Positions 9,479-19,285 are shown, numbered from the stretch's first letter. The stretch: 64,000 nt of DNA from Planctomycetota bacterium (GCA_040755855.1 JBFMAD010000001.1:192001-256000); one strand, 5' to 3'. Numbers and translations are program-made. Notes: generated by a model not told the origin, from the letters alone.

Positions 9479-10558
9479 TCAATCGCTCACCACCTTCAGC
9501 ACCTCGTCGGCCTGGGCGGGCGTATGGATGTTTATGCCGATGATGAACTTCTTGAGCTTCGGGCCGAACTCCCGCTTCAAGACCTTCAGGCTGTCTATGC
9601 CCGGCGCGCCGAGGACGACTATGCGCTTGCCGGCCTCGACCGTCTTGTGGTAGAGCGGCCACCATTTCTTGTCCGCCACCCCCGCCGCCCCCGCCCCGGG
9701 CGTCCACTGGAGCGCCGTCAGTCCGGGGATGGAGAGAAGATGGTCGTGATGCGGGATCGCCCCCGGCCCATCCCAGTGATACATGCAGTAGTCAACACCC
9801 ACGCAGATTTCGTTGAGCACGGGGACCATGAAGTCGCCGAACATCGCCGGCGAGATCATGGCCGAGAAGTCGCACTGGAACTTCGCCATCCGCCCCGGCG
9901 CCCACGACCAAAAGTGGCTGCCGCAGCGGTCGTCTTTGATGAGGTCGTAGATGACATCATAGTAGTCGAAGTATCGCTTGCTGATCCGGTCGAGGCAGTC
10001 GCGCACCCACTCGGGCCGCTCGATGAGGTCCATGAGCAGCGGCTCCGTCCCTCTCATGCCGGCAAGCGTGTCCAGTCCCTCGATGAGGTCCGGGAAGCGG
10101 ACGAGGAACTTGCCCTTGCCAATGCGCAACTGCTCCTTGACCAGTCGGAGCGTGAAGTCCCAGTAGAAGTTTTTGGGATCAACCTCGAACCGCGCCGCCT
10201 CCGGCTCGGTGATGCACGGCTCAAACCAGACCGTCCCCGGCTGCTCGACGCCCCTGCATCCGAGGTAGAGGGCGAGGCAGTTTGGGCCGAGACATGGAGA
10301 GACGGCGGGCATCGCCTCGGCGATGTAGTGGGTATTGATGCACTCGCGGGCCGCAAGGTTGACGCGATAGTCGAAGTTGCTCGTCGAGTAATGCGTCACC
10401 CATCCCTCCGGCTGGGGCATGGCCGGGATGTCCTTGATCGGCTTGTCCCGTTTGGCCGTGATCTGCATGACGGGCCGACCTATGTCCTCGCCGCGCCACC
10501 ACGCGGTTAGCCGATCCCGGGCCGCATCGAAATCGTCTTTGTATAGTAGGTTAGTCAC
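9479..10558 (-). CDS. Uroporphyrinogen decarboxylase / MtaA-like TIM-barrel protein (corrinoid methyltransferase-associated type)
   Basis: MRGTEPLLMDLIERPE, QCDFSAMISP, YHWDGPGA..H.D.LL.I..L..LQWTPGAG. Confidence 0.75.
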   Translation of the reverse strand: MTNLLYKDDFDAARDRLTAWWRGEDIGRPVMQITAKRDKPIKDIPAMPQPEGWVTHYSTSNFDYRVNLAARECINTHYIAEAMPAVSPCLGPNCLALYLGCRGVEQPGTVWFEPCITEPEAARFEVDPKNFYWDFTLRLVKEQLRIGKGKFLVRFPDLIEGLDTLAGMRGTEPLLMDLIERPEWVRDCLDRISKRYFDYYDVIYDLIKDDRCGSHFWSWAPGRMAKFQCDFSAMISPAMFGDFMVPVLNEICVGVDYCMYHWDGPGAIPHHDHLLSIPGLTALQWTPGAGAAGVADKKWWPLYHKTVEAGKRIVVLGAPGIDSLKVLKREFGPKLKKFIIGINIHTPAQADEVLKVVSD

Positions 10559-10596
10559 GGGTACTTCCTATATCAGTCTCTGGAGTGCACACTGGT

Positions 10597-11025
10597 TCAT
10601 GTATTACGAATGTCCGCGACCCACGCCGCGTATCCCCCAAGAGGACCGGCGGAGATCGCCTCATACAACCGCCGATCCGCCGTCACCATCGTCGCGTTCA
10701 GGAGGACAGCAAGGGCCACATATATGCAGTCGTAAATGCTGCGTCGGCTTTGTATTGCGATGCGATAAGCCATGTCCCGCACGGGGGTGATTGGATAAAA
10801 CTGGATTGGGCCGGCTCGGAGTATCGCGCGGGCGTCGTTTCCGTCTTTCACCGTGATCTCACCGCGGCGGATGCGTTTGCAGAACAGATTGTCCATCTCG
10901 AGCAGGAAGAAATCCGGCGCATGGAGCGAAAACGAGTCACTCAGGAGCCGACGGGCGACAACGGCGTGCGGCTCGTCGAAAAACCACTTCGCTGCGACGC
11001 TGGCGTCAACTACGTACTCCTTCAC
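10597..11025 (-). CDS. vapC: PIN-domain toxin (VapC/FitB family)
   Basis: VVDASVAAKW, YDCIYVALA, VTADRRL; GTG start overlaps the antitoxin stop (GTGA). Confidence 0.9.
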   Translation of the reverse strand: MKEYVVDASVAAKWFFDEPHAVVARRLLSDSFSLHAPDFFLLEMDNLFCKRIRRGEITVKDGNDARAILRAGPIQFYPITPVRDMAYRIAIQSRRSIYDCIYVALAVLLNATMVTADRRLYEAISAGPLGGYAAWVADIRNT

Positions 11026-11261
11026 CGCTCTCTATCCTCGCGGATGAGCCGGGCGCTGTTGCTGAAGCGCTTGCCGTTGAATCGAAGACGGAATTCCTCG
11101 CATAACTTCCGAGCCCGGGCCATGTCCACGCGCGGAGCGTTTGCCGCCTGCACGAGGATAGTTTTGACCTCGGCTTGAAGAGAACGCCCCTCGCGCTTAG
11201 CCAGGTCCTTCAGCCGTTTGACGACCTTGGGGTCGAGGTTGCGAACGAGTATCTGCGCCAT
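11022..11261 (-). CDS. Ribbon-helix-helix antitoxin (FitA/StbC-like)
   Basis: MAQILVRNLD...LK.LAKREGRSLQAEVKTIL...LIREDRER; GGAGG RBS. Confidence 0.88.
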   Translation of the reverse strand: MAQILVRNLDPKVVKRLKDLAKREGRSLQAEVKTILVQAANAPRVDMARARKLCEEFRLRFNGKRFSNSARLIREDRER

Positions 11262-11287
11262 AGCACCCTCCAAGTTAGCTCGGCATG

Positions 11288-11326
11288 TGATATCATAATG
11301 ATAGCATATGTCCGCCCCGATGTCAA
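11288..11326 (-). promoter_or_regulatory. TA operon promoter with overlapping inverted-repeat operator
   Basis: Minus strand reads TTGACA-17 nt-(TGc)TATCAT. The inverted repeat TGCTATCA-TTA-TGATATCA overlaps the -10. Confidence 0.8.
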
Positions 11327-11336
11327 TGGCTTGCCG

Positions 11337-12125
11337 TCAAATCCGCTTCACCACCCACCTCAGCCCCTCCGTGTTCCCGATCGGGGCGTCGTGGCCGCCG
11401 CCGGGGATCTCGTCATACCGAAAGACAGGCGAATGCCTCATCTTCTCGGCGAGACGGCGAGGTTGCTCCACAGGCATGAGCGTGTCGCATGCGCCGTGGG
11501 TGAGGAAGATCGGCATCGTCAGTCGGTCAGTATGATAGATGGGGGAATGGGCGCGATAAACTTCCGGTTGATCTCCCGGCTCGCCGCCGTAGCTGTCGCG
11601 GATGGCATCGGCGACCTCCCGAAGGATGGCTTCGCTACGTTGGCGGCACCATCGGACATAGTCCGGCAGGTCCACCACCGCACCCAGCGCGACGACGGCG
11701 GCCACGTCATCGGGATGCAGGGCGGCGTAGATCATGTTGCTCGCGCCGCCCATGGACCCGCCGAAGAAGATGAACCTCTCCGCCAGCCATTCCGTCCGGG
11801 CGAACCCCAACAGATCGTGCATGTCGGCGACGGCCGATGGGGACATCCATGCGTTGTCGCGCAGATTCGGCGTGAGGACGTTCAGTCCCAGCCGTTCAAA
11901 CTCCGGCACGCGCGTCCGCCGGACGTCCTCCCTTGTGTAAAGCTGATCGGCGTGCGAACCGTGGCCGTGGATGGCGACGATCCACAGGCGGCTGTTCCTG
12001 GCCAGGCGCACGAAGGCCAAGTCGGCGAGGCCATCCACGCCGCTCTTATACTCCACCCGCAACACATCCTCCGGGATCGGCGGCTGGTTCGCGGGCGCAA
12101 CCGATACGATCTTCATCTTGTCCAT
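11337..12125 (-). CDS. Alpha/beta hydrolase (S9 peptidase/esterase-like)
   Basis: IHGHG, GGSMGG nucleophile elbow, HGACD and GGHD triad motifs. Confidence 0.85.
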   Translation of the reverse strand: MDKMKIVSVAPANQPPIPEDVLRVEYKSGVDGLADLAFVRLARNSRLWIVAIHGHGSHADQLYTREDVRRTRVPEFERLGLNVLTPNLRDNAWMSPSAVADMHDLLGFARTEWLAERFIFFGGSMGGASNMIYAALHPDDVAAVVALGAVVDLPDYVRWCRQRSEAILREVADAIRDSYGGEPGDQPEVYRAHSPIYHTDRLTMPIFLTHGACDTLMPVEQPRRLAEKMRHSPVFRYDEIPGGGHDAPIGNTEGLRWVVKRI

Positions 12126-12128
12126 AGC

Positions 12129-13283
12129 TCACACCCGTGGCGGGGCGATGTCCATGGGCTTGTTGCCGCCGCGAATCGAGTCCGTCGCCGCGCAGCCCAC
12201 GGCCACGGCCATGCGTCCGGCCTCGGGCGTAACATGGGGCTGCTTGCCATCGAGGATCAGGTCGAGGAAGGCCCGGCAGATCTCCGGGTCGGCCCCGCCG
12301 TGCCCGCCTTTCGCGGGGCCGATGTCATACGTTGCAGTGGCGAAGCGCGCACGGGCGCGGGCCTTGGTGGAATTCGCCTTCTGCGTCTTGACCGTGAGCT
12401 TGTTGCCGGTCAGCTCGGCCATGCCGTCGCCGCCGATGACGAGATAGTTGCGCGTCGTCTCCGTGGCGTAGTGGCACTGCACGTAGTTCGCCCGCGCGTC
12501 GCCGAGGTCCATGAGGAGCATGGAGTGATCCTCGACATCAATGCCCTTGCGGAAGCAGCAGTTGGTCTTCCGCTCGCGCGTGCTGAACTCGGTGCATGTG
12601 TCCTTCTCTTCGCACTCCTCGCAGACGAGGTCGTCCGGCTTGTCGCCGCCGAAGTAGTCGAGCGCCCCCATGGCGACGACGCGCTTGGTGAAGCGGCCGG
12701 TGAGGAAGTGGATCATGTCAATGTCGTGGCTGGCCTTTTGCAGGAGCAGGCCGGTGGCCATGTCGGCGTTGGCGCGGTAGTCGTGGAAGTAGGCAAAACC
12801 GCCAAAGCCGACGAAGTGGCGCACCCAGACGGCCGTCACCTTGCCGAGCTGGCCGGAGTCAATGATTTGCTTGAGGGCAAGGAAGTCGTCCATATAGCGC
12901 ATGTTCATACCGACCATGAGATGCCTGCCGGAGCGCTTCCACGCCCGGAGCATGGCGTCGCAGTCAGCGGTCTTGATAGCCATGGGCTTTTCGCAATAGA
13001 CGTGCTTGCCGGCCTCGAGCGCGGCGATAGTCGGCTCGGCGTGGAGGTAGTCTGGGGTGAAGACGCCGACGGCGTCAATGTCGTCCCGCTCAACGAGGCG
13101 CCGCCAGTCGTTGGTCACCCACGGATTGTTTTGGGCATATTGCTTGCGGAAGCGGTCAATGAACATCCAACTGATGTCCGCGCCGGCGACGATCTTCGCC
13201 CGGCCGTCCTTGTCCCAGTTCTCCGCCATTGCCGCGCGGTGCGCGACGCCGACCAGGCCGATTCGAATGCAGTCCTTACTCAT
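12129..13283 (-). CDS. Gfo/Idh/MocA family oxidoreductase
   Basis: IRIGLVG, HVYCEKPMA, LLQKASHDID, GHGGAD; GGAGG RBS before the ATG at 13283. Confidence 0.9.
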   Translation of the reverse strand: MSKDCIRIGLVGVAHRAAMAENWDKDGRAKIVAGADISWMFIDRFRKQYAQNNPWVTNDWRRLVERDDIDAVGVFTPDYLHAEPTIAALEAGKHVYCEKPMAIKTADCDAMLRAWKRSGRHLMVGMNMRYMDDFLALKQIIDSGQLGKVTAVWVRHFVGFGGFAYFHDYRANADMATGLLLQKASHDIDMIHFLTGRFTKRVVAMGALDYFGGDKPDDLVCEECEEKDTCTEFSTRERKTNCCFRKGIDVEDHSMLLMDLGDARANYVQCHYATETTRNYLVIGGDGMAELTGNKLTVKTQKANSTKARARARFATATYDIGPAKGGHGGADPEICRAFLDLILDGKQPHVTPEAGRMAVAVGCAATDSIRGGNKPMDIAPPRV

Positions 13284-13310
13284 CAGGAGACCTCCAGAAA
13301 CGAAAACTGT

Positions 13311-13395
13311 GAAGAATGGAAGGATGGAACGTTGGAAGAATGGGATGGGGCATGCTGCGCAACCACCCCATCCTTCCAATCTTCCAATCTTCCAA
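13311..13395. repeat. Hairpin built from inverted 8-mer tandem repeats
   Basis: Left arm GAAGAATG GAAGGATG GAACGTTG GAAGAATG GGATGGGG; right arm CCCCATCC TTCCAATC TTCCAATC TTCCAA. Confidence 0.8.
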
Positions 13396-13510
13396 CCAAA
13401 CACAGCCCATCCTACCCTATCCCCCTGCCGTTTGCAACCCAACGCCGGGCAGCTCTTGACATCTCTCCCGTTCTGGGGTTTACTGTTCCGATCCGATGAA
13501 AGGAGATGGA

Positions 13511-14767
13511 ATGACCGTGCAGCTTCCCGACCGTTTTCCGCGCTACACAGAGTTCGACCCTCTCGTCCCCGTCCGGTGCGTGACGCCGGGCGAGGGGCGG
13601 ACCATCCACCGCTACTGGGACACGTCGCCCTTCAGCCCGTCGGGGCGGTGGATCGCCCTAACGCGCTTTCCCACCGAGGCCCGACTGCCGCAGCCCGGCG
13701 ACGTGGCCCAGGTCGTGCTGGTGAACCTTGAGGGCGGCGAGGAGCGCATCGTTGCCGACACTCGCGGCTGGGACACGCAGCTCGGCGCGCAGGCCCAGTG
13801 GGGGGCGAGCGACTCGGAGCTGTTCTACAACGATCTGGACACGACCACCTGGCGGCCCTTCGGCGTCAAGCTCGATCCATCCACCGGCGAGAAGAGGATA
13901 CTCGATGGGACGATCTATGCCGTGACGCTCGACGGCAAATGGGCCGTCAGCCCGTGCCTCCGGCGGACCGCCGCAACGCAGGCCGGATACGGGGTGATCG
14001 TCCCGGCGGAGCGGCGCATCTTCAACCACGGCATCGCCGCCGATGACGGAGTCTATGTCACGAACATCGAGACCGGCAAGAGCAATCTGCTCGTCTCGCT
14101 CAAGACCGTCGTCGAGACGGTAACCCCGCGCATGAATCTGTCGGAGTACGGTGGCGGCGACTTCTACGCCGCACATGTGAAGTGGAACCCGCAGGGCGAC
14201 CGGATTATGCTCGTCCTGCGCTGGATTCCCAGCGACCCGAAGGTGGACAAGAAGAAGAACATGAAGAAGCACGTGATCACGATGCGGACCGACGGGTCGG
14301 ACATCCACATGGCGATCCCAAACTCGGAGTGGGGCGTCAAAGGCGGGCATCACCCGATCTGGTGTCCCGACGGCGAGACGGTGCTTATGAACCTCGGCAT
14401 CTACGGCGGGGAGTTGCTCTTCGTTACCGCCCGGTACGACGGCGGCGACTATCATGCGTTGCACGACACGATCCCCGGCTCCGGCCACCCGAGCCTGCAC
14501 CCGAACGGCCGCCACATTGTGACGGACACGACCCCGGACAAAGAGGGTATCAAGCGGATTCGCCTCGTGGATTTGCAGGAGGAGACAGACAAGGACATCG
14601 TGCGCATCCGGGCCGTGCCGGACTTCACCGGCCCGAAGAACGAGCTGCGCGTTGACCCGCATCCCGCGTGGGACCGGGAGTTCCGGCGCATCGCCTTCAA
14701 CGCCTGTCCCGACGGCACGCGGCGAGTGATGGTGGCAGACTTGACGAAAAGTGTTGAGAACTTGTAG
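13511..14767 (+). CDS. TolB-like beta-propeller protein (oligogalacturonate lyase-like)
   Basis: YWDTSPFSPSGR, HVKWNPQG, GHPSLHPNG, RVDPHPAWD; AAGGAG RBS. Confidence 0.7.
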   Translation: MTVQLPDRFPRYTEFDPLVPVRCVTPGEGRTIHRYWDTSPFSPSGRWIALTRFPTEARLPQPGDVAQVVLVNLEGGEERIVADTRGWDTQLGAQAQWGASDSELFYNDLDTTTWRPFGVKLDPSTGEKRILDGTIYAVTLDGKWAVSPCLRRTAATQAGYGVIVPAERRIFNHGIAADDGVYVTNIETGKSNLLVSLKTVVETVTPRMNLSEYGGGDFYAAHVKWNPQGDRIMLVLRWIPSDPKVDKKKNMKKHVITMRTDGSDIHMAIPNSEWGVKGGHHPIWCPDGETVLMNLGIYGGELLFVTARYDGGDYHALHDTIPGSGHPSLHPNGRHIVTDTTPDKEGIKRIRLVDLQEETDKDIVRIRAVPDFTGPKNELRVDPHPAWDREFRRIAFNACPDGTRRVMVADLTKSVENL

Positions 14768-14780
14768 AGGGAGTTGCCAA

Positions 14781-16991
14781 ATGTTCAGAATGATCGGCCC
14801 ATTCGCGCTGATGACACTGCCCGCGCTCTTGATGTGCTGTGCGCGGATTCACGCCGCCGAGGGCGAGCCGGGCATCTCCAATGTCACGGTGAATACGAAG
14901 ACCGTGCCGCGCTATGAGAAATTTGAGATCACGTTCAACGCTACGGGGAAGTGGTCGAACCCGTTCGATCCCGACAAGGTGGCTATAGATGGGATGTTTG
15001 TCACGCCGGACGGCAAAGCCATAATCATGCCCGCCTTCTATTTCCAGGACTTCCAACGGGCGTTCATCAACGGGTATGAGAAGCTGACGCCTCTGGGCGA
15101 GCCGGTCTGGAAGGTGCGCTTCTGCCCCACCGCGCCGGGGACACATCGTTTCAAGCTCCGCCTCGCGAGCGCGGGCAAAACAGTCGAGACGGAGGAGCAG
15201 GCCTTCGAGTGCACGGACAACGGGAACAAGCACGGCTTCCTTCGCGTGGCGAAGGAGAACCCGCACTACTTCCGGTTCGACGACGACACGCCCTTCTTCG
15301 CCGTCGGGATGAACGTTGCCACCCTGGCAAACCTTGGCACAGGAGACGGCAGTAAATGGTACGCGAGCCTGGCCCGAACGGGTGGAAATCTCGTGCGGTC
15401 GTGGTGGTGCGCCGCCCACACGGACCTCGAGAGCCAGGTTTCCGATCACCCTCAGCAAGGATTAGGCAAATATAAGCTCAGCTCGGCCTGGCGGATTGAC
15501 TGCCTGGTGGAGATGGCCGAGGAACTTGACATCTACATCATGGCCTGCCTGGAGACGCAGCAGTACCTTCGACGCGAGTGCTGGTGGCCAAAGTTCACCT
15601 ACAACGCGGCCAACGGCGGGCCGGTGAAGTTGCCCGCGGATTTTTTTGTGAATCAGGAATGCGACAAGTACTTCCAGAAACGGCTGCGCTACATCGTCGC
15701 GCGGTGGTCCTACTCGACGGCTATCTTCTCGTGGCAGTTCTGGAACGAGGTCAGCGCGTGCAACGATTACCATAATACAAATGCGGCGAAGTGGCACGAG
15801 CGCATGGGGCGGTATCTGCGCTCCATTGATCCCTACCAACACATCATCCACACGAACTACGGCAACATGGACGGCTACAAGGAGGTGGACAGCCTGCCGG
15901 AGACGGAGGTCGTCTCCACAAACATTTACTCCCGCCGCGACATGGGGCAGACGTCCGCGTGGTATACGCGGGTGATGACCTCTCGATACAACAAGCCGTA
16001 TCTGATGACCGAGTACGGGCCGGGGCACCACGGCAAGTGGATTCGCGAGGACCCAAAGGGCGTGATCGTGCACAACGGCCTGTGGGGGGCGGTGATGTCC
16101 GGCAGCGCGGGGACGGGCCTGCCGTGGGGCTGGAGCAACTGGATTGACCCGCAGAACATGTATCACTACTGGAAGCCGGCGGCCGACGTGACGCGGGACA
16201 TTCCGTTCCACAAGCGACAGTGGAAGGCCGTGACTGTGGAAAAACTCGCCTTCAAGGATGCGGGAAAGCCGCCATATTACGCAGGCGCGTTTTTCGAGGG
16301 CTGGCCGCGCAACTTCAGTTACACGTGGGTCGAGAAGCCGCTGCCGACGAAGTTCCGTGTGCTGCCCGACGGCGAGGTGGAGAATGCCGAGAGCTTCAAC
16401 GCCGTGCTTCAGGAGAAGGGGGCTCACGCCTTCTCGATGGATTTCCCCGTTGATGGGGAGTTTGTCGTTCACATTCCCGAAATATCCGAAGGGGGGAAGC
16501 CCGTCCTTCACATCACCGTTGACGATAAGAAGGCCCTCCAGCAGCCGTTGCCGCGCGACACAGAAGACCCGTGGTCCTACTGGAAACACTATCCGGTCGC
16601 CGTAAAGGCGGGCCATCATGAGATCGAGGTCTTGAACACAGGAACGGGGCAGATACTGACGGCCTACGAGCTGACGAAGTTCATCCGCCGCGAGGGGCCG
16701 GACTTGGATGTGATGGGGATCCAGACCGACGACATCCTGCTCATCTGGACGCGCAACCCGCAGTTCATCTGGATCTACGACAAGGAGGGGCGAAAGCTGG
16801 AGGAGCAGGAGGCAGGTATCCTGACATTGAAGGACGTCCCCGACGGACAGTATTCGGTAACATGGTGTGAGACGACGACGGGGGAAGTCCTGGCGCGGCA
16901 GGCAGCGAAGTCGAACGGAGGGCGGTTGACGTTAGCCACCCCTCCGATCACCCGCAGCGCCGTGGCAAAGTTGTGGAAAACCATGCCGTAA
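14781..16991 (+). CDS. Secreted DUF5060-type clan GH-A glycoside hydrolase
   Basis: Signal peptide; NPFDP and WKVRFCPT N-terminal domain; RYIVARWSYS..IFSWQFWNE (acid/base) and MTEYG (nucleophile). Confidence 0.75.
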   Translation: MFRMIGPFALMTLPALLMCCARIHAAEGEPGISNVTVNTKTVPRYEKFEITFNATGKWSNPFDPDKVAIDGMFVTPDGKAIIMPAFYFQDFQRAFINGYEKLTPLGEPVWKVRFCPTAPGTHRFKLRLASAGKTVETEEQAFECTDNGNKHGFLRVAKENPHYFRFDDDTPFFAVGMNVATLANLGTGDGSKWYASLARTGGNLVRSWWCAAHTDLESQVSDHPQQGLGKYKLSSAWRIDCLVEMAEELDIYIMACLETQQYLRRECWWPKFTYNAANGGPVKLPADFFVNQECDKYFQKRLRYIVARWSYSTAIFSWQFWNEVSACNDYHNTNAAKWHERMGRYLRSIDPYQHIIHTNYGNMDGYKEVDSLPETEVVSTNIYSRRDMGQTSAWYTRVMTSRYNKPYLMTEYGPGHHGKWIREDPKGVIVHNGLWGAVMSGSAGTGLPWGWSNWIDPQNMYHYWKPAADVTRDIPFHKRQWKAVTVEKLAFKDAGKPPYYAGAFFEGWPRNFSYTWVEKPLPTKFRVLPDGEVENAESFNAVLQEKGAHAFSMDFPVDGEFVVHIPEISEGGKPVLHITVDDKKALQQPLPRDTEDPWSYWKHYPVAVKAGHHEIEVLNTGTGQILTAYELTKFIRREGPDLDVMGIQTDDILLIWTRNPQFIWIYDKEGRKLEEQEAGILTLKDVPDGQYSVTWCETTTGEVLARQAAKSNGGRLTLATPPITRSAVAKLWKTMP

Positions 16992-17009
16992 TGGTATAAT
17001 CAGAGGATA

Positions 17010-17041
17010 GACCTCCCGGAGGTCGGAACCTCCGGGAGGTT
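17010..17041. repeat. REP-like palindrome, copy 1
   Basis: GACCTCCCGGAGGTCGGAACCTCCGGGAGGT; a near-identical copy lies at ~34769. Confidence 0.85.
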
Positions 17042-17075
17042 GGAACTAAGGACTGAGTAGAAAGAGGTATTACAC

Positions 17076-17864
17076 ATGCTTCCAACGGTGGACTTTTGCG
17101 GATTGAAAGTGACGCGGCTGATCATCGGCGCGAACCCCTTCGGCGGGTTCAGCCATCAGAACAAGGAACGCGATCAGGAGATGGTCAAGTATTACACGCC
17201 TGAGCGAATCCAGGAGACGTGGGGGCGCGCGAAGGCGGCGGGGATCAACACGATGATCACCAACAACCACTCGCCGAACGTCATGCAGGCGCTGAAGGAT
17301 TACCTGGCGAAGGGCGGCCCGCTCCAGTGGATCGGGCAGATCAGTTGCTGGAAAGAGGTCCACGGCAGCATGTTCGATGCGGTGGACGAGGCGGTGGCGC
17401 TCGGCGCCAAAGCGTTTTACTTCCACGGCGGGGTGGTGGACGACCTCTATGTAAAACAGGATGAGAAGACGCTGCGCACCTGGGTCGAACATGCGCGAAA
17501 GTATAATATCCCGGTGGGCGTGGCCGGCCACATCCCCGATGCGCACCACTGGGTGGACAATATGAATCTGGTGGACTTCCACGTCGTGTGCTTTTTCCCC
17601 TGCGGCAGCCTGCACAGTGGCAAGGGGCACAAGTTCCGCCTGGCCGACATCCTCTCTGCCGTCCAGTGCATCCGCCGCATCCGGAAGCCCTGCATCGGCT
17701 ACAAGATCATGGGAGCGGGGCGCATTGACCCGGTGATGGCCTTTGAGTTCGCGTTTGAGAACATCAAATCCGGCGACGTGGTGAACGTCGGCATGCACCG
17801 CGGCGACAAGGATAATATAGTGGAGGAGAACGTCGAGTTGGTCCGCAGGATACTGAAAGGGTGA
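17076..17864 (+). CDS. Aldo/keto-reductase-like TIM-barrel protein (hypothetical)
   Basis: VTRLIIGANPFGGFSH, KPCIGYKIMGAGR. Confidence 0.65.
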   Translation: MLPTVDFCGLKVTRLIIGANPFGGFSHQNKERDQEMVKYYTPERIQETWGRAKAAGINTMITNNHSPNVMQALKDYLAKGGPLQWIGQISCWKEVHGSMFDAVDEAVALGAKAFYFHGGVVDDLYVKQDEKTLRTWVEHARKYNIPVGVAGHIPDAHHWVDNMNLVDFHVVCFFPCGSLHSGKGHKFRLADILSAVQCIRRIRKPCIGYKIMGAGRIDPVMAFEFAFENIKSGDVVNVGMHRGDKDNIVEENVELVRRILKG

Positions 17865-17908
17865 CGAGGGCCACATCCGACGAAAACCTTTGGAAAGGAC
17901 CCCGGACT

Positions 17909-18478
17909 ATGAAGCGGATCGCCGGATATTTTTTCAAGGGGCTTCTCGTTCTCCTACCATTGGCCGTGACCGTTTTCATCTTCTACTATGTCATTGACCG
18001 GGTTGACGCGATGATCGTGAGTCTGGTTCCCGGCCTAGACCTCCCGTTCCCCGGGGCGGGGTTGGTCATCACCTTCGTCCTGGTGACGATCATCGGCTTC
18101 CTGGCATCCAATGTCTTCACGAGCTGGATCGTTCGCATAGTGGATTGGGTGTTCAAGAGACTCCCCCTCGTGAAGCTCCTCTACACGTCGCTCAAGGATC
18201 TGATCGGCGCATTCGTCGGGGAGGAGAAAAGCTTAAGCAAACCGGTCGCCGTCTCTCTTGTCCCCAACGGGCCGAAGGTGCTGGGGTTCATCACGAACGA
18301 AAGCCTGGAGTCGTTTGGCTTGGCGGAGCACGTAGCGGTCTACGTGCCGCAGTCCTATAACTTCGCGGGCAATCTCTTGATTTTCCCGAAAGAGCAGATT
18401 TCTCTGCTCGACGCCGACAGCTCGCAGGTAATGACGTTTCTTGTCTCCGGTGGGGTGTCGGGGAAGAAGGGAAAGTAG
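17909..18478 (+). CDS. DUF502 family membrane protein
   Basis: GLLVLLPLAVT, RLPLVKLLYTSLKDL, GFIT, VYVPQSYNFAG, VSGGV. Confidence 0.85.
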   Translation: MKRIAGYFFKGLLVLLPLAVTVFIFYYVIDRVDAMIVSLVPGLDLPFPGAGLVITFVLVTIIGFLASNVFTSWIVRIVDWVFKRLPLVKLLYTSLKDLIGAFVGEEKSLSKPVAVSLVPNGPKVLGFITNESLESFGLAEHVAVYVPQSYNFAGNLLIFPKEQISLLDADSSQVMTFLVSGGVSGKKGK

Positions 18479-18512
18479 AGCTGCGTGAAATTAAACTTGA
18501 GGAGACCCTGAC

Positions 18513-19241
18513 ATGGAGGCAAGACCTCACGGAACGATTCCGGAGCATTCGCACGAGGCAAAGATGGAATATCTGTGGCGGGAGCTGACCGCCCACTTCC
18601 CATTCACCATCTTTTTCACCACCTTCGGTATCATCATCGCAGCCATGCTGACGTACGTCAGCATGGTGGCGGGCACGTCCGAGGAGAACACAGAGCGGGC
18701 GTCGGAGATGCTCTTTCACGCCTTCCACCCGATCCACCTCCTCTTCAGCGCCATCGCCACAACCGCCATGTTCCGGCGGTACGACCGCCATATCATCCGG
18801 GCTATCCTGATCGGGTTCTTCGGGTCCATCGGTGTGTGCGGCCTGAGCGACATCTTCATGCCCTACCTCACGGGGCAGTTGCTCTCCGTCGAGCACATGC
18901 ACTTCCACTGGTGTCTCATCCGGCATCCGATGTCGGTCATTCCCTTCGTAGCCCTGGGGATTGTCGGAGGGTTGATCGCTGCGGACGCCGTGAACCGAAG
19001 CACGTTATATTCGCACTCCATGCACGTGGCGGTCAGCTCGCTCGCGTCGCTGTTCTACCTGATTTCCTTTGGTATGAGCGACTGGGTGGGTGGGAGCACG
19101 CTGCCGTACGTCTTCCTAATCCTTGTCTTGTGTATCATCATTCCATGTTGCCTGAGCGACATTGTCCTCCCGCTCCTGCTCGTCTCGCCGGTGGGGCATG
19201 CAAAGGAGGAAGCGCAGGCGGGGACGCAAGCGGAGATATAG
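18513..19241 (+). CDS. His-rich polytopic membrane protein of unknown function
   Basis: About 6 TM segments with HAFHPIH, HMHFHWC, YSHSMH and PCCLSD; GAGGAG RBS. Confidence 0.7.
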   Translation: MEARPHGTIPEHSHEAKMEYLWRELTAHFPFTIFFTTFGIIIAAMLTYVSMVAGTSEENTERASEMLFHAFHPIHLLFSAIATTAMFRRYDRHIIRAILIGFFGSIGVCGLSDIFMPYLTGQLLSVEHMHFHWCLIRHPMSVIPFVALGIVGGLIAADAVNRSTLYSHSMHVAVSSLASLFYLISFGMSDWVGGSTLPYVFLILVLCIIIPCCLSDIVLPLLLVSPVGHAKEEAQAGTQAEI

Positions 19242-19285
19242 GGCGCGCCTCGCCCCGATACCGTGTTGCCCCCTGTTGGTTCTAT

